Source: an uncultured Poribacteria bacterium (GTDB lineage: Bacteria; Poribacteria; WGA-4E; WGA-3G). Taken from it: a stretch of DNA of 64,000 bases. Location: positions 5,056,001-5,120,000 of the forward strand of contig OX638351.1 of NCBI GenBank assembly GCA_951813565.1, written 5' to 3'. Every line of letters begins with the position of its first letter. Position 1 is the stretch's first letter. Below the pieces are notes generated by a model, which saw only the letters and a program-made list of their open reading frames with translations, had not been told where the DNA came from and did not search any database. Positions 17,966-28,195 of the stretch are shown here, piece after piece. Both the position numbers and the translations under genes were made by a program.

Positions 17966-18985
17966 CTATTTCTTTAGCGTTCCCCACGTTACTTTTTTTT
18001 TGCCTTGCGGGGTAGCAGAAAGCACATCATCGCTGATCCAATCCAACGAAGGATTCAACCATGTTTGTTCTGATAACCGGGTGATGCGTCCTGTAGCAAT
18101 ATTATATTTATAGAGATGGTAAGGATGCACCAAACCTTCTACCGGAACATTTAATTCTACTTCCCTTGCACTGAATAGAATGGATTTACCGTTATCCATC
18201 CAGTCAAGCGCGCTCGGGAAATACGTCTTCGGTATCAGCAGTTGCTTGGATTGATGTGTGAATAGATCGTAAATAAAATAACGGTTTGCCTGTGGAATGA
18301 AACCGACATTTGGATTAAATTTTGATTCATACTGGCCATATAGTATCTGTTTTCCGTTTGGAGACCATCTGGCATAGCCACCCCGGTTAATCAATACCTC
18401 CCCCAGCGGTAGTTGTGGTAGCAATTCGCGCGGATGTCCGCCATCGGCATCCATGATCCATAGATTACTTCCTGTCTTTCCCAAAACCGGAATATCAGAA
18501 AAAACAATCTGCTTGCCGTCGGGAGACCAGTCGGGAAAGTTTACACCGAAATCGGCGATCTTTTTTATCTTACCACTAACCAAGTCAATAACATTGACAC
18601 TTCGTTTGAGTTCGTTATCTATTCTCTCACTTCTACCAAACAGAACAGACGTGCCATCCGGAGAAAATACGGGTTTCGAATCCTTCGCCCCTCGTGTCAA
18701 GAGACGTTCATTTGTGCCATCTGCGTTTATGACAACAATCTGTCTCCGATCCCAATTACCTGGTTTCAGAAATCTTGCAAAAACAATATGTTTACCATCG
18801 GGGGACCAGCGCGTGGCAGTAGGGTATCGCGTATCAATGAGTATCGTGGTGATCCCTGTGCCATCATCCTCCATCACGGAGATGCTCTTAACTTCTTCCG
18901 CTATGTATGATACAACAACGATCTTTGCGGTTACCGCTGTGGCAATCAGCAGAAGCAAGCAGAGTGTGAATACCAGTATTCGCAT
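17966..18985 (-). CDS. Secreted TolB-like (PD40) beta-propeller with C-terminal TWG.LK tail
   Basis: AAGGAG RBS before MRILVFTL; WSPDGK repeats; tail LSATPQGKKKVTWGTLKK. Confidence 0.85.
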   Translation of the reverse strand: MRILVFTLCLLLLIATAVTAKIVVVSYIAEEVKSISVMEDDGTGITTILIDTRYPTATRWSPDGKHIVFARFLKPGNWDRRQIVVINADGTNERLLTRGAKDSKPVFSPDGTSVLFGRSERIDNELKRSVNVIDLVSGKIKKIADFGVNFPDWSPDGKQIVFSDIPVLGKTGSNLWIMDADGGHPRELLPQLPLGEVLINRGGYARWSPNGKQILYGQYESKFNPNVGFIPQANRYFIYDLFTHQSKQLLIPKTYFPSALDWMDNGKSILFSAREVELNVPVEGLVHPYHLYKYNIATGRITRLSEQTWLNPSLDWISDDVLSATPQGKKKVTWGTLKK

Positions 18986-19049
18986 AATAACACTCCTTAT
19001 ACTTTGTGGAAGGGGCTCTAAAACCCCTTCCAAATAAATGCCGAAAAGA

Positions 19050-19850
19050 TCAATTGTGTTCGCAATCTAAGGTATTTATAAGTAAATAATCGTCGGTTCC
19101 ATTGTTACCGCCCACCTTGAGACGGACGTATGCTTCACCAGTGTATTCCGTACCCTGCCAACCACCCGACAGTGTTATACCTTGAGAACCTGGATCACGA
19201 AAGGATCTTTTTCCATCCTCACCCCTTATTTCGCCAGCATTAGGATTCCAATCTTTATTTTCTTTTCCTGCTATATCGGGGAAAGAAGCTTTATACTCAG
19301 TCCCCACATCAACCGTGCCATCGGCTTTTTCTCCATTATGATATGCGGTGGCCCAGTAGTCAAATGACATATACCCGGACGCATAGTCATAAGTATGCTT
19401 GCTAATTTGCACATATCCATCCACGAAGAGAAGGTGTTGGACACCATCAGGGGTAGATTTGGAGATCGGCGCATAGATTGTCAATTCGTAGGAGTCATTG
19501 TCAGAGAGATAATTCGCGTTCTCGTCTATATGCCAAGCGACTGCCTTTATTGTGTAATCAGCACCTGATATATCACCTGACAAGGTGGGGTAGCACGTCG
19601 CGTTGGTCTCGTTCCCCGATAGCAGACTCGTATATTCATATACGACGTTCCCATCTTTATCCTCTACAGACCAGTCCACATAGTTAATGCCTTCATCTGT
19701 TGTTATATACGCGTAGCAATAGGCACCATCTCCCCAATCATCAGCTCCGGCTGCTGTCATCCAAGTAATCTCAATAGCATGACTATTGATAACAAAGCAC
19801 AGGGAACAGAGCATCGCCACTGCCATGCCGATTGATTTCAATCTTAACAT
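19050..19850 (-). CDS. Secreted hypothetical protein (beta-rich, possibly two Ig-like domains)
   Basis: AAGGAG RBS; signal peptide MLRLKSIGMAVAMLCSLCFVINSHA; paralog at 16668-17511. Confidence 0.8.
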   Translation of the reverse strand: MLRLKSIGMAVAMLCSLCFVINSHAIEITWMTAAGADDWGDGAYCYAYITTDEGINYVDWSVEDKDGNVVYEYTSLLSGNETNATCYPTLSGDISGADYTIKAVAWHIDENANYLSDNDSYELTIYAPISKSTPDGVQHLLFVDGYVQISKHTYDYASGYMSFDYWATAYHNGEKADGTVDVGTEYKASFPDIAGKENKDWNPNAGEIRGEDGKRSFRDPGSQGITLSGGWQGTEYTGEAYVRLKVGGNNGTDDYLLINTLDCEHN

Positions 19851-20215
19851 TTTTCTCTCCTTGTAAGGTAATATGCTTTTGTAGCATATCGTAGTGTTTA
19901 TCGGGTTCCCTATCCTTGTTCGGTAGACCTTCCACCGCTTAGTAAAGATTTGGGCACCCTTACAACTAAACTATGATTCTTTACATAGTATTAGAAAGGG
20001 CACCTATATTGAAATCAATGTTTTGGCTATAACCAAGATTATACAACAAATTCCGAACCTATGCAAAATGCTTAACATGGATTTCCAAAACAACGATATA
20101 TGATACCCTTCATAATGTTAAGACACAGTATTAAGTTGCAAAGGGGGCATTCCACAAAAAAAATGAAATTAGGAAAATAAACAGATTCTAATATGCACTT
20201 CTGTTTTCAAAAACT

Positions 20216-21184
20216 TTATTCGGAGGCTGTTATCAACCGATACAACTGCGGCACGGTAACAGAAAAATCGCCAGAAATGTGGTAACTCTTCCCACCATCC
20301 TTGACAGTGCGAATAAGAATTGTCTTTTTAGGGCGGTGATAGTAATGCGAATCGGTGGGTTTACCTTCCTCCTGAAAATCTGGAAAATCAATCAAATCGA
20401 AATTAGCGGTGGTGAAATGCCGAATTTCTTCACCTCGTTGTGTAGCAATGTTCCGCGCCATAGATAGGCTTTTGAGGTAGACCTCAGGTCCCATCACAGC
20501 AGAACCTAAGTTCAGGAAAACGCCACCTTCCAATTGCGAAACAGTGTGCACAAATCGGAGAAAATCCTCCCCCGTTGTCCAACCGATAGCGGCATAATCC
20601 GCAGCAGGATGCTGATCGGTTATATCGTAGCCAATACCTTTGTGAACGGTTATCGGCACACCTAATCGGAACGCTGCAGCAAATATGCTCACATCACGGT
20701 GTGGAAAAGAGATGTCCTCTTCTCCTTCTTGGATCAATCTGCCAATTGCCTCTCCAAAACCGATTTTATCTTTGTAGCCTCTAACGATAGCTTCGTTCAG
20801 ATAGCGTCCCGTTTCTTCCCAATTGCCAAACTTTCCATCCTTTATATACATCTCCACATCTTCAAGTGTTGCGCCGATGTGTGCCATTTCAAAATCGTGG
20901 ATAGCACATGCACCATTAGTTGCTATATGTGTTATTATTCCGCGTTCCATCAGATCAATGATGTAACGGGAGTTGCCACGCCGCATCACGTGCGCACCCA
21001 TCATCCAGATAACCTGTTTCTTGTTTTGGCGTGCTTGGACAATACGTTCAGCAACGATGTTTAGCCGTTCATTTTGATATGGAGGCGTTTCAGCATCTAA
21101 GGTATAGATGTCTGCCACGGTCATCTTGTGTTGGCGTTCAGAGAGCGGCAAGATTCTAAGGCGAGAGCGATTAAATTGTGACAT
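20216..21184 (-). CDS. Deoxyhypusine-synthase-like fold protein of unknown function
   Basis: MMGAHV, THIATNGACAIHDFE, GVPITVH.GIG.DI...HP, GGVFLNLGSAVMGPEVYLK. Confidence 0.65.
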   Translation of the reverse strand: MSQFNRSRLRILPLSERQHKMTVADIYTLDAETPPYQNERLNIVAERIVQARQNKKQVIWMMGAHVMRRGNSRYIIDLMERGIITHIATNGACAIHDFEMAHIGATLEDVEMYIKDGKFGNWEETGRYLNEAIVRGYKDKIGFGEAIGRLIQEGEEDISFPHRDVSIFAAAFRLGVPITVHKGIGYDITDQHPAADYAAIGWTTGEDFLRFVHTVSQLEGGVFLNLGSAVMGPEVYLKSLSMARNIATQRGEEIRHFTTANFDLIDFPDFQEEGKPTDSHYYHRPKKTILIRTVKDGGKSYHISGDFSVTVPQLYRLITASE

Positions 21185-21208
21185 TATTTTGGGATTGTGT
21201 AGTAAGGT

Positions 21209-24200
21209 CTATGCTGCAAACTTGGCTGAAACAATTTTCGACATACCCGCTTGCTCCATCGTCACGCCGTACATCACATCGGATATCTCCATAGTGCGCC
21301 TATTATGCGTGATAATCACGAACTGCGTATTATCCGAATATGCACGAATAAGATTTGTGAAACGTAGTACGTTTGCTTCATCAAGGGCAGCATCTACTTC
21401 GTCAAGGACACAGAAGGGGCTTGGCTTGATTTTGAAAACAGCGAACAACAATCCAATTGCAACAAGCGAACGTTCACCACCAGAAAGTTGGGTAATACTT
21501 TGTGGTCGTTTTCCAGGCGGGCAAGCGATAATATCAATACCAGATTCAAGGATATTTGATTCATCTGTCAAGCGCAATTCTGTTTCGCCTCCGCCAAAGA
21601 GTTGAGTAAATACCTCTTGGAAGTTAATCTTAACCTGCTCAAACGTTTTGAGGAACACACCTCGTGAAGTTTCGTTGATTTTCTGAATTGCTTGATTGAG
21701 GTCTTGTATTGATTGCTGAACATCATCACGATCTCGCACGAGAGAATCCAATCGCTTCTTGTATTCCTCATGTGCTTCAATTGCCTTAAGGTTGACTGCC
21801 CCCATAGCCGAGATTTCCGCCTTCAATTTTTCAATGTTATCCATCACGTCAATTTCATCAAGTTCTGAAATGGCTGGCACAGAAGATTGTTCCTCGTCTT
21901 CAGATACTTCATCTTGCACCATCGGTTTAGGAATTTCATCAATTGAAACTTGATATTTATCAAGGATGCGGGTTGAGATGGATTTTAATTGCATCTCAAA
22001 TTGCGTTGTTTTCACTTCAAGTTGATTCCGTGTGCGATTTTGCTTTTCAAACTTTTTCTGAATGTCGCGCCTCTCTTTTTCAAGCGTTTCGATCTGCCCA
22101 GAGACCGTTTCATGTTCTTCGGTTAACTCATCTTTTTTTGCTTCTGCTTCAGCCTGGTCCCCCGCAATTCGTAGGAATTTGCGTTGTGTCTCTCTAATCT
22201 GATCAGCGATGTCATGTTTAGTTTGTTCATCAGAGTCAATAATTGCTTGTTGTTCATCAATATTCTGCTCTATTTGAAGTTGTTGTTCATCAAAGTTATC
22301 AAGCTCAGTTGTTAAGCTTTCCAATTTCTGTCGTTGTCCTGCCAAAAAGACTTCCATCTCCTGGCATTCCGCAGCTACTTCTTCTCGTTTATTCTCTTCA
22401 TTTTCAATGTCTTCAGATATCCGCTGAATCCTACGTTCTGTTCTGGTATGTTTTTTGGTGAGTTCTTCAATTTCTACATCAAGGGTCTGCTGTACCCCAC
22501 GTGAAAGATCTACCGTTTCTTGAAAATGTCTATTATCAGTTTCAACTTCAGCGAGTTGTGTTTCAAGGCGTGTAATGTTTTGGTCCGCCAGCTCAATATC
22601 CTTTGTTATGGCAGCTTTTCCAATCTGTTTGTCTTGCAATTGACCAGTGAGTGTTTTTCTGGATTGTTCTGCATTGGCAATTGCCGCAGCGTATGCTTTA
22701 CGTTTTTCATCCTTCTGACTGACAATTTGTTGTAGTTTGCCGATCTTGGTTTGCAACGCATCAAGTTCGCTTGCACGGCTGAGGAGTCCACTTTTCTGTT
22801 GAGCAGTGTGCCCGCCAGTGATAGCCCCCGAAGTATCGAATAATTCACCATCCAAGGTAACCAAACGGGCGTTTGGTTTGAATTTACGTTTCAGTGCAAC
22901 TGCATCATCCATATTTTCAACGATGAGTGTGTTACCCAACAGTTGTTGAACCACAGTCTGGTATTTGTCATCATAATCCACTAATTCTTCTGCAATACCG
23001 ATGACCCCTGGCTCGTAAAGAAGTCCAGCATCAGAGAACGTTCTGCGTCGTAACATATCAAGCGGTAGGAATTTGACCCTGCCTGCGCGATGTTTTTTGA
23101 GAAATGAGATGCCAGCAACAACGTCTTCAGCAGTTTCGGTGACAACATTTTGTATACTACTACCAAGCGCAATCTCTATGGCGACTTCAAATTCGGCATC
23201 CGTGTGGATAAGTTCTGCTACAACACCACAAATTCCACCGAATTGCTCTGGAAAGTGGTCTTTTGCTTGCATAATTGCGCGTACACCTGCGTAGAAACCT
23301 TCATACGCGGATTGTAATTGCTCTAATGATTTATACCGCGAAAGACTACCGCCTAAGTTATCTTCTATTCCGCGTATTTCAGATTCAATTTTTCGAAGCG
23401 CGTCCTGAGTTTCGTTGAGTGTCGTTTCAACCCGTTTTTTCTCCGTCCCAATCTGAAGCAATTCAGCCTCTAATTGGGTCGCTGCACGTTGAATTTCTTC
23501 GCGATCATCTGTAGCAGTTTTTAGCTCCGCTTTCAAAGCATTAGAATTTTCTTTAAGTCGGTCAAGGCTGCTTTCCGTGCTCGTTAGTTTAGTTGCAATT
23601 GTTAAGCGTTTGTTCTTGCGTTCGGAAAGTTGCGCAGCAATCTCTTGCAACTCAGATTGCACCTCTTGGATAGTCTTCCTTGATTTTTCAATACTTGAGG
23701 CGTATGTCTCTAAAACTTGTTGGCGTCCAGTTAATCGGGTCTCTTCAATCTTGAGTGATGCATCAAGTCTTTTCTGTTCTTGCGTTCGTTCTTGTTTCCG
23801 TGTTTGTAGGTTTGCGTGCTGTACATTTAAGGATTCAAGAGTCTGTTGCGCTCGTTGTTTCTGCTGTTGAATATTCAACTGATTTTCTTTATAAATAGCA
23901 AGCTGTCGTTCAATCTTATCTACTTGTTCTTCAATCTCACGTATTTCTTCCTGGGCAACGGTGATTGCAGTATCTAATTCAGTTCGTCTGACAGTTGCGT
24001 TTTCAATCCCTTCTTCCGCTTCTTGTAAGATCTGATTTGCGTCAGAAACCTCGTTCAAAATTGCCGCTAAGTTATTTTGCGTTTCACGATAATCTGTATC
24101 AAGTTTTTCGTATTCTCGATAAGCTAATTCTAAATCTAATTGTCGGAGTTGTTCATTTAACGATTGCAAATGTTCAGCTTGTTCAGCTTGCTCTCTCAAA

Positions 24201-24811
24201 GATTCGGTTTCGCGTTGTAATTCTTGAATAACATCATTGATACGAACCAAATTCTGATCCGCCTCTTTTAATTTTTGGATAGCGGTTTTTTTGCGGTGTT
24301 TGAATTTTGTTATACCCGCAACTTCATCAAAGAGAAAGCGGCGTTCCTCTGGACGCACGTTGAGAATCAGGTCAATTTTGCTCTGCTCCATAACGGAGTA
24401 GGCATCAACACCGACACCAGTATCCATAAAGAGGTCACTAATATCGCGTAGTCGGCAAGACGTTTGATTGATAAGATAACTGCTCTCGCCGTCGCGTGTA
24501 AGTTGTCTGCGGACTTCTACTTCAGGCGAACCGATAGAAAGGTTTTCAGATATGTTGGTAAAGGTCAGCGCGACACTTGCTCTTTGAGAAGGACTAAAAT
24601 TAGCACCACCGTTGAATAGGAGGTCGCGCATATTGGTACACCGAAGGGCACGGGCACTCTGTGTCCCAAGTACCCACCGAATTGCATCAGAGACGTTACT
24701 TTTTCCACAGCCGTTCGGACCAACTATTGTTGTAATCCCCGGCTCCAGTATCAGTTCAACTTCTTCGGCGAAACTCTTGAATCCATTGATTTTGATGCTA
24801 TTTAAGTGCAA
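21209..24811 (-). CDS. smc: Chromosome segregation protein SMC
   Basis: GFKSF, GPNGCGKSN, hinge domain, coiled coils, LSGGE, LDEVDAALD, ITH. Confidence 0.97.
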   Translation of the reverse strand: MHLNSIKINGFKSFAEEVELILEPGITTIVGPNGCGKSNVSDAIRWVLGTQSARALRCTNMRDLLFNGGANFSPSQRASVALTFTNISENLSIGSPEVEVRRQLTRDGESSYLINQTSCRLRDISDLFMDTGVGVDAYSVMEQSKIDLILNVRPEERRFLFDEVAGITKFKHRKKTAIQKLKEADQNLVRINDVIQELQRETESLREQAEQAEHLQSLNEQLRQLDLELAYREYEKLDTDYRETQNNLAAILNEVSDANQILQEAEEGIENATVRRTELDTAITVAQEEIREIEEQVDKIERQLAIYKENQLNIQQQKQRAQQTLESLNVQHANLQTRKQERTQEQKRLDASLKIEETRLTGRQQVLETYASSIEKSRKTIQEVQSELQEIAAQLSERKNKRLTIATKLTSTESSLDRLKENSNALKAELKTATDDREEIQRAATQLEAELLQIGTEKKRVETTLNETQDALRKIESEIRGIEDNLGGSLSRYKSLEQLQSAYEGFYAGVRAIMQAKDHFPEQFGGICGVVAELIHTDAEFEVAIEIALGSSIQNVVTETAEDVVAGISFLKKHRAGRVKFLPLDMLRRRTFSDAGLLYEPGVIGIAEELVDYDDKYQTVVQQLLGNTLIVENMDDAVALKRKFKPNARLVTLDGELFDTSGAITGGHTAQQKSGLLSRASELDALQTKIGKLQQIVSQKDEKRKAYAAAIANAEQSRKTLTGQLQDKQIGKAAITKDIELADQNITRLETQLAEVETDNRHFQETVDLSRGVQQTLDVEIEELTKKHTRTERRIQRISEDIENEENKREEVAAECQEMEVFLAGQRQKLESLTTELDNFDEQQLQIEQNIDEQQAIIDSDEQTKHDIADQIRETQRKFLRIAGDQAEAEAKKDELTEEHETVSGQIETLEKERRDIQKKFEKQNRTRNQLEVKTTQFEMQLKSISTRILDKYQVSIDEIPKPMVQDEVSEDEEQSSVPAISELDEIDVMDNIEKLKAEISAMGAVNLKAIEAHEEYKKRLDSLVRDRDDVQQSIQDLNQAIQKINETSRGVFLKTFEQVKINFQEVFTQLFGGGETELRLTDESNILESGIDIIACPPGKRPQSITQLSGGERSLVAIGLLFAVFKIKPSPFCVLDEVDAALDEANVLRFTNLIRAYSDNTQFVIITHNRRTMEISDVMYGVTMEQAGMSKIVSAKFAA

Positions 24812-24920
24812 AGGTAATCTCCTACCAAAATAAAGCGTGTTTTCTTACATAATTATAACTTAACGTTGTGTTGTCGTATACTTAACCTACTTTTTATACG
24901 AAAAAAATCTCAAAAAGGTT

Positions 24921-25658
24921 TCATACAGGGTCTAAAGCCCGTGCTAAAGTTAACACATCTATTTCAACTGGGTCGGCATTCCATAAGACTTTTACTGCCT
25001 CATGCACAGTAGCACCAGTGGTGTATACATCGTCCAGAACAAGTATACGTTTGTTCTGCGCAACCTTTTTCTTCTGTAGTTCAAAAGCACCAACAATATT
25101 TGTTTGACGTGCTGCTCTATCCAAGCTGCTCTGCGGTGACGTGTTCCGATGCCGAACCAGAACGTCTGTTACAACTTGAACTCCCGTGGTCTTGGCAATT
25201 CCGTTCGCAAGTAAAGTTGCTTGGTTAAAGCCGCGTTCCCGCAACCGCTTTTTATGAATAGGAATTGGTAAAATAAAGTCGTATTCTGCGATATTGCAGT
25301 CATCGGGAAAATGTTCTATTGTCAATTGGGTAAGCGGTTTGGCGAGTGCTGTTCGCTTCTCAAACTTAAAAAGGTGCATCGCCTGCTGGAGTGCTGCTTC
25401 ATAGAAAGCAATCGTCCGTAATTTTCCGTAAGGTGGCGGTTTGCTCACACATTCATCACAGACATCTTCAGTATTTGGGATGCCGCACATTTCACAACAA
25501 GGCGGTTCAATTAACGGCATATCATGCCAGCATGTTTCACACATATAAGGCACAGATTCAAGTCCGATTTGCTTTTCACAAACTTGACATTGTGCAGGAT
25601 AGAGAAACGTGATTGCTGTTTCGAGTGTTTGTTGGAGGATATTTGGTCGTACTTGCAT
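24921..25658 (-). CDS. comF: ComF family protein (double zinc ribbon + PRTase)
   Basis: CxxC pairs, PIPIHKKRLRERGFNQA, LDDVYTTGAT. Confidence 0.9.
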   Translation of the reverse strand: MQVRPNILQQTLETAITFLYPAQCQVCEKQIGLESVPYMCETCWHDMPLIEPPCCEMCGIPNTEDVCDECVSKPPPYGKLRTIAFYEAALQQAMHLFKFEKRTALAKPLTQLTIEHFPDDCNIAEYDFILPIPIHKKRLRERGFNQATLLANGIAKTTGVQVVTDVLVRHRNTSPQSSLDRAARQTNIVGAFELQKKKVAQNKRILVLDDVYTTGATVHEAVKVLWNADPVEIDVLTLARALDPV

Positions 25659-25826
25659 TAGACGTCGTCATTTCCTTTATTTATACCATTTCTAAATCAT
25701 CGGTTTTCATTAACCAAAAACGCGTTCGTAGTCGCGCAATTCATCGCGCCTCTTACATTCTTCATCAGCAGTTCCCCAAACCCGTTATGATATTATATGA
25801 TGCATCTCGCTACTACTGGGTCAAAG

Positions 25827-26246
25827 TTAGGGTCTAACAATGCGTTCCTGTTTGAGTGTTTGAATCTCCTGCAGTAAGTTTTCAATCTGTTTATGTAGTG
25901 ATTCTATTCGTTGATCTTGTTCTTTGATGTTTTTTCCCTGCATTGCGATGATGATTTGGGGTATGCCAACTATCGCAGCAATAAAAGCGATTAGAGTGAT
26001 TACCAACACAAATATGTTATTCAGACGTTTGTCCATTTCCGTAATTGTATTATTCACCGGACGAATCTCACTTTTAATCTCTTGAGAGATATATTCTTTC
26101 ATACGTTTTTCAGATGCTTCAACTGCTTTTTCAACTTCCTCTTTCACAACTAACCGGATCTTGTTCAGGTCCGCATCCGTTACTTGACTGTCCGCAGTTA
26201 AACTAAAGAAAAATAATCCAACGATTAAAATCAGCATTAATTTCAT
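25827..26246 (-). CDS. Small membrane/coiled-coil hypothetical protein
   Basis: GAGGA RBS, signal peptide, coiled coil, TM helix, coiled coil. Confidence 0.7.
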   Translation of the reverse strand: MKLMLILIVGLFFFSLTADSQVTDADLNKIRLVVKEEVEKAVEASEKRMKEYISQEIKSEIRPVNNTITEMDKRLNNIFVLVITLIAFIAAIVGIPQIIIAMQGKNIKEQDQRIESLHKQIENLLQEIQTLKQERIVRP

Positions 26247-26323
26247 CTCTATATCCTCATAAGCAAATTTGGAACCTATTTTCCATACAATTTTAACAGA
26301 AGTTGGCGGTGAGTGCAACCGTA

Positions 26324-27964
26324 TTACAAGGGAAAGAATACTCCCCTACAATGGTCTTGAATCCCATACCATTTCAGGTGCCAATTGCCAATTCTTGTTT
26401 TAGGTCTTGAAACAGTAAAATGTTCCCCTTCTTTAGGTAGGTACTTTCTTTCTTTCAACCAATCTATTGTTGATTGAAGGTTATCTGTCGCTTTTAACTT
26501 TTCTATGAGATGGTTAGCTCGGATAACGGGAACATCTGACGATTGGACATTGCTATATCCAATCCAATTTTCCGAAACAACGGCTCCTTCAAGTCTGTAA
26601 CCTGAATCAATGTTGAGTCTTTTTAATAAAGATTCGTGATTATCCGCAAAAGCTTGTTTCAGTTTCAGAATCTGCGAAATGCCTTCCTTAATCTCTTTAG
26701 ATTTATGAATACGTTCTTGTGCTGTTGTCGGTGCAATAAACCATTTTAGTTCTAAAAGTAAACATGCTTTTTCGGAATGACTTACAATGGCGAGGTCAAC
26801 ATCTGTTAAGTTTGCTACATTTCCCGAATAAGATTTAAAATCTGTATCAGATAATCGGGTCTTAATACACTCTTTCATTAGATATTCTTTTTCATTAACA
26901 TATTTTTGATAGATCCCTTTTTCAGAGGGAAGCCTATTTACGAGGGAAATAAAATTTCGCTCCGCTGCAGAACAAATCCATATATTAGGCACAATTGCGT
27001 AGTGCTTTAGATTTAGTTTAATTAAAGGTTGTAAAGCAGGGACAGGACTTGTAATACCGCTATTTCCATAAGTCAAATCATCAAGAACGCTTTGTACGTC
27101 TATAGGTGACATACCAGAATATCTAGCAACAGTCCTAATCAATTTACCGTAGGTCATCATGTAAAGACTATCAACATAACCCTTATGAATAACCCCTTGT
27201 TTCGCAGCCATTTTATGTGCTTTCCAGTGAATATGGGCTATAGCACAAATTACTTCAAAAACCTTTCGAAATTCACCCAGCGTGTAACGGCTAAATTCCC
27301 ACCAACTTGGCAATAAAAACATTCTATCAAGAAAAGGTTTCAGGTACGTTTTCATATCAGAAACCATATTTTCGTTGAATTCATAGCGAAATCTATTCCC
27401 TTCTATCTTTAAAGATTGTTGAATTGCTTGGATTGCCAGGATTGGCAAATTCTCATAATTCAGAGCATGTAATGCTTCTTCAGGTTCACGCGGATCAATT
27501 AAGATATTATAAGCTTCGTACTCTATACTGTCGAAAAAATCACCTGTTGGTTGAATAGTTGATCCTTGGAATTCCAAGTCAAGTACCCTATCCTTGCCAC
27601 TGGCACATGTATATGCAAACATGAACCAGTCGTATTTCTGACTTAACTCAAATAAATCCTTTGATGCTTTGTAAAGATCGTTATCCCTTGCAAAGGGAAT
27701 TTGTCCACTTTGTTCGCACTCACGGTAAATCCAAGTCATAGCATGCTCAATTTCTGTAATGAAATCACTGCCAAGGTTGTGAATATCTTGTACGCTACTA
27801 ACTCCACCTCTTTGCTCATTTAGCATATACTCTTCGGCATACGCTAACAAATGCCATGCCGCAGTCGTAAACGGTTGTGTGAGAAGTGGATTAGATTTAT
27901 AGTAGTTATCTATCTCTTTTTCTACTTTTCGCAATTCGGGTGAAACGCTATCTGTACTACTCAT
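26324..27964 (-). CDS. Hypothetical protein with putative C-terminal PD-(D/E)xK nuclease-like domain
   Basis: 546-aa AT-rich ORF; TDVDLAIV....ACLLLELKW motif. Confidence 0.6.
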   Translation of the reverse strand: MSSTDSVSPELRKVEKEIDNYYKSNPLLTQPFTTAAWHLLAYAEEYMLNEQRGGVSSVQDIHNLGSDFITEIEHAMTWIYRECEQSGQIPFARDNDLYKASKDLFELSQKYDWFMFAYTCASGKDRVLDLEFQGSTIQPTGDFFDSIEYEAYNILIDPREPEEALHALNYENLPILAIQAIQQSLKIEGNRFRYEFNENMVSDMKTYLKPFLDRMFLLPSWWEFSRYTLGEFRKVFEVICAIAHIHWKAHKMAAKQGVIHKGYVDSLYMMTYGKLIRTVARYSGMSPIDVQSVLDDLTYGNSGITSPVPALQPLIKLNLKHYAIVPNIWICSAAERNFISLVNRLPSEKGIYQKYVNEKEYLMKECIKTRLSDTDFKSYSGNVANLTDVDLAIVSHSEKACLLLELKWFIAPTTAQERIHKSKEIKEGISQILKLKQAFADNHESLLKRLNIDSGYRLEGAVVSENWIGYSNVQSSDVPVIRANHLIEKLKATDNLQSTIDWLKERKYLPKEGEHFTVSRPKTRIGNWHLKWYGIQDHCRGVFFPL

Positions 27965-28195
27965 AATAAACCTTCTTTACCTCAACTCCCCAACCCCATA
28001 CGATACTTGATGCCATAGTTGATGCAAAACACTCATAAAGGAAATTAGCGTTATTTTCTTCCCAATGTTCTTAGAATGTCAGTCATACTATTTTACCAAA
28101 AGTTAACACATTATGCAAGTTGTCAAAAAAGATGAAAATCTATTTGAAATCTGCAAAAAATTATGTTACAATTCAAAATCAAACAGGAGGAAAAT

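Larger units (their letters stand above)
17926..20264 (-). mobile_element. Cassette unit 2 (2339 bp): att + promoter + secreted protein + TolB-like gene
   Basis: Same architecture and flanks as unit 1. Confidence 0.6.

Noticed and set aside
15479..20264. Diversity-generating retroelement or classical integron
   Set aside because: No reverse transcriptase, no adenine-specific TR/VR pair, no intI and no recognisable attC sites; the cassettes carry their own promoters.
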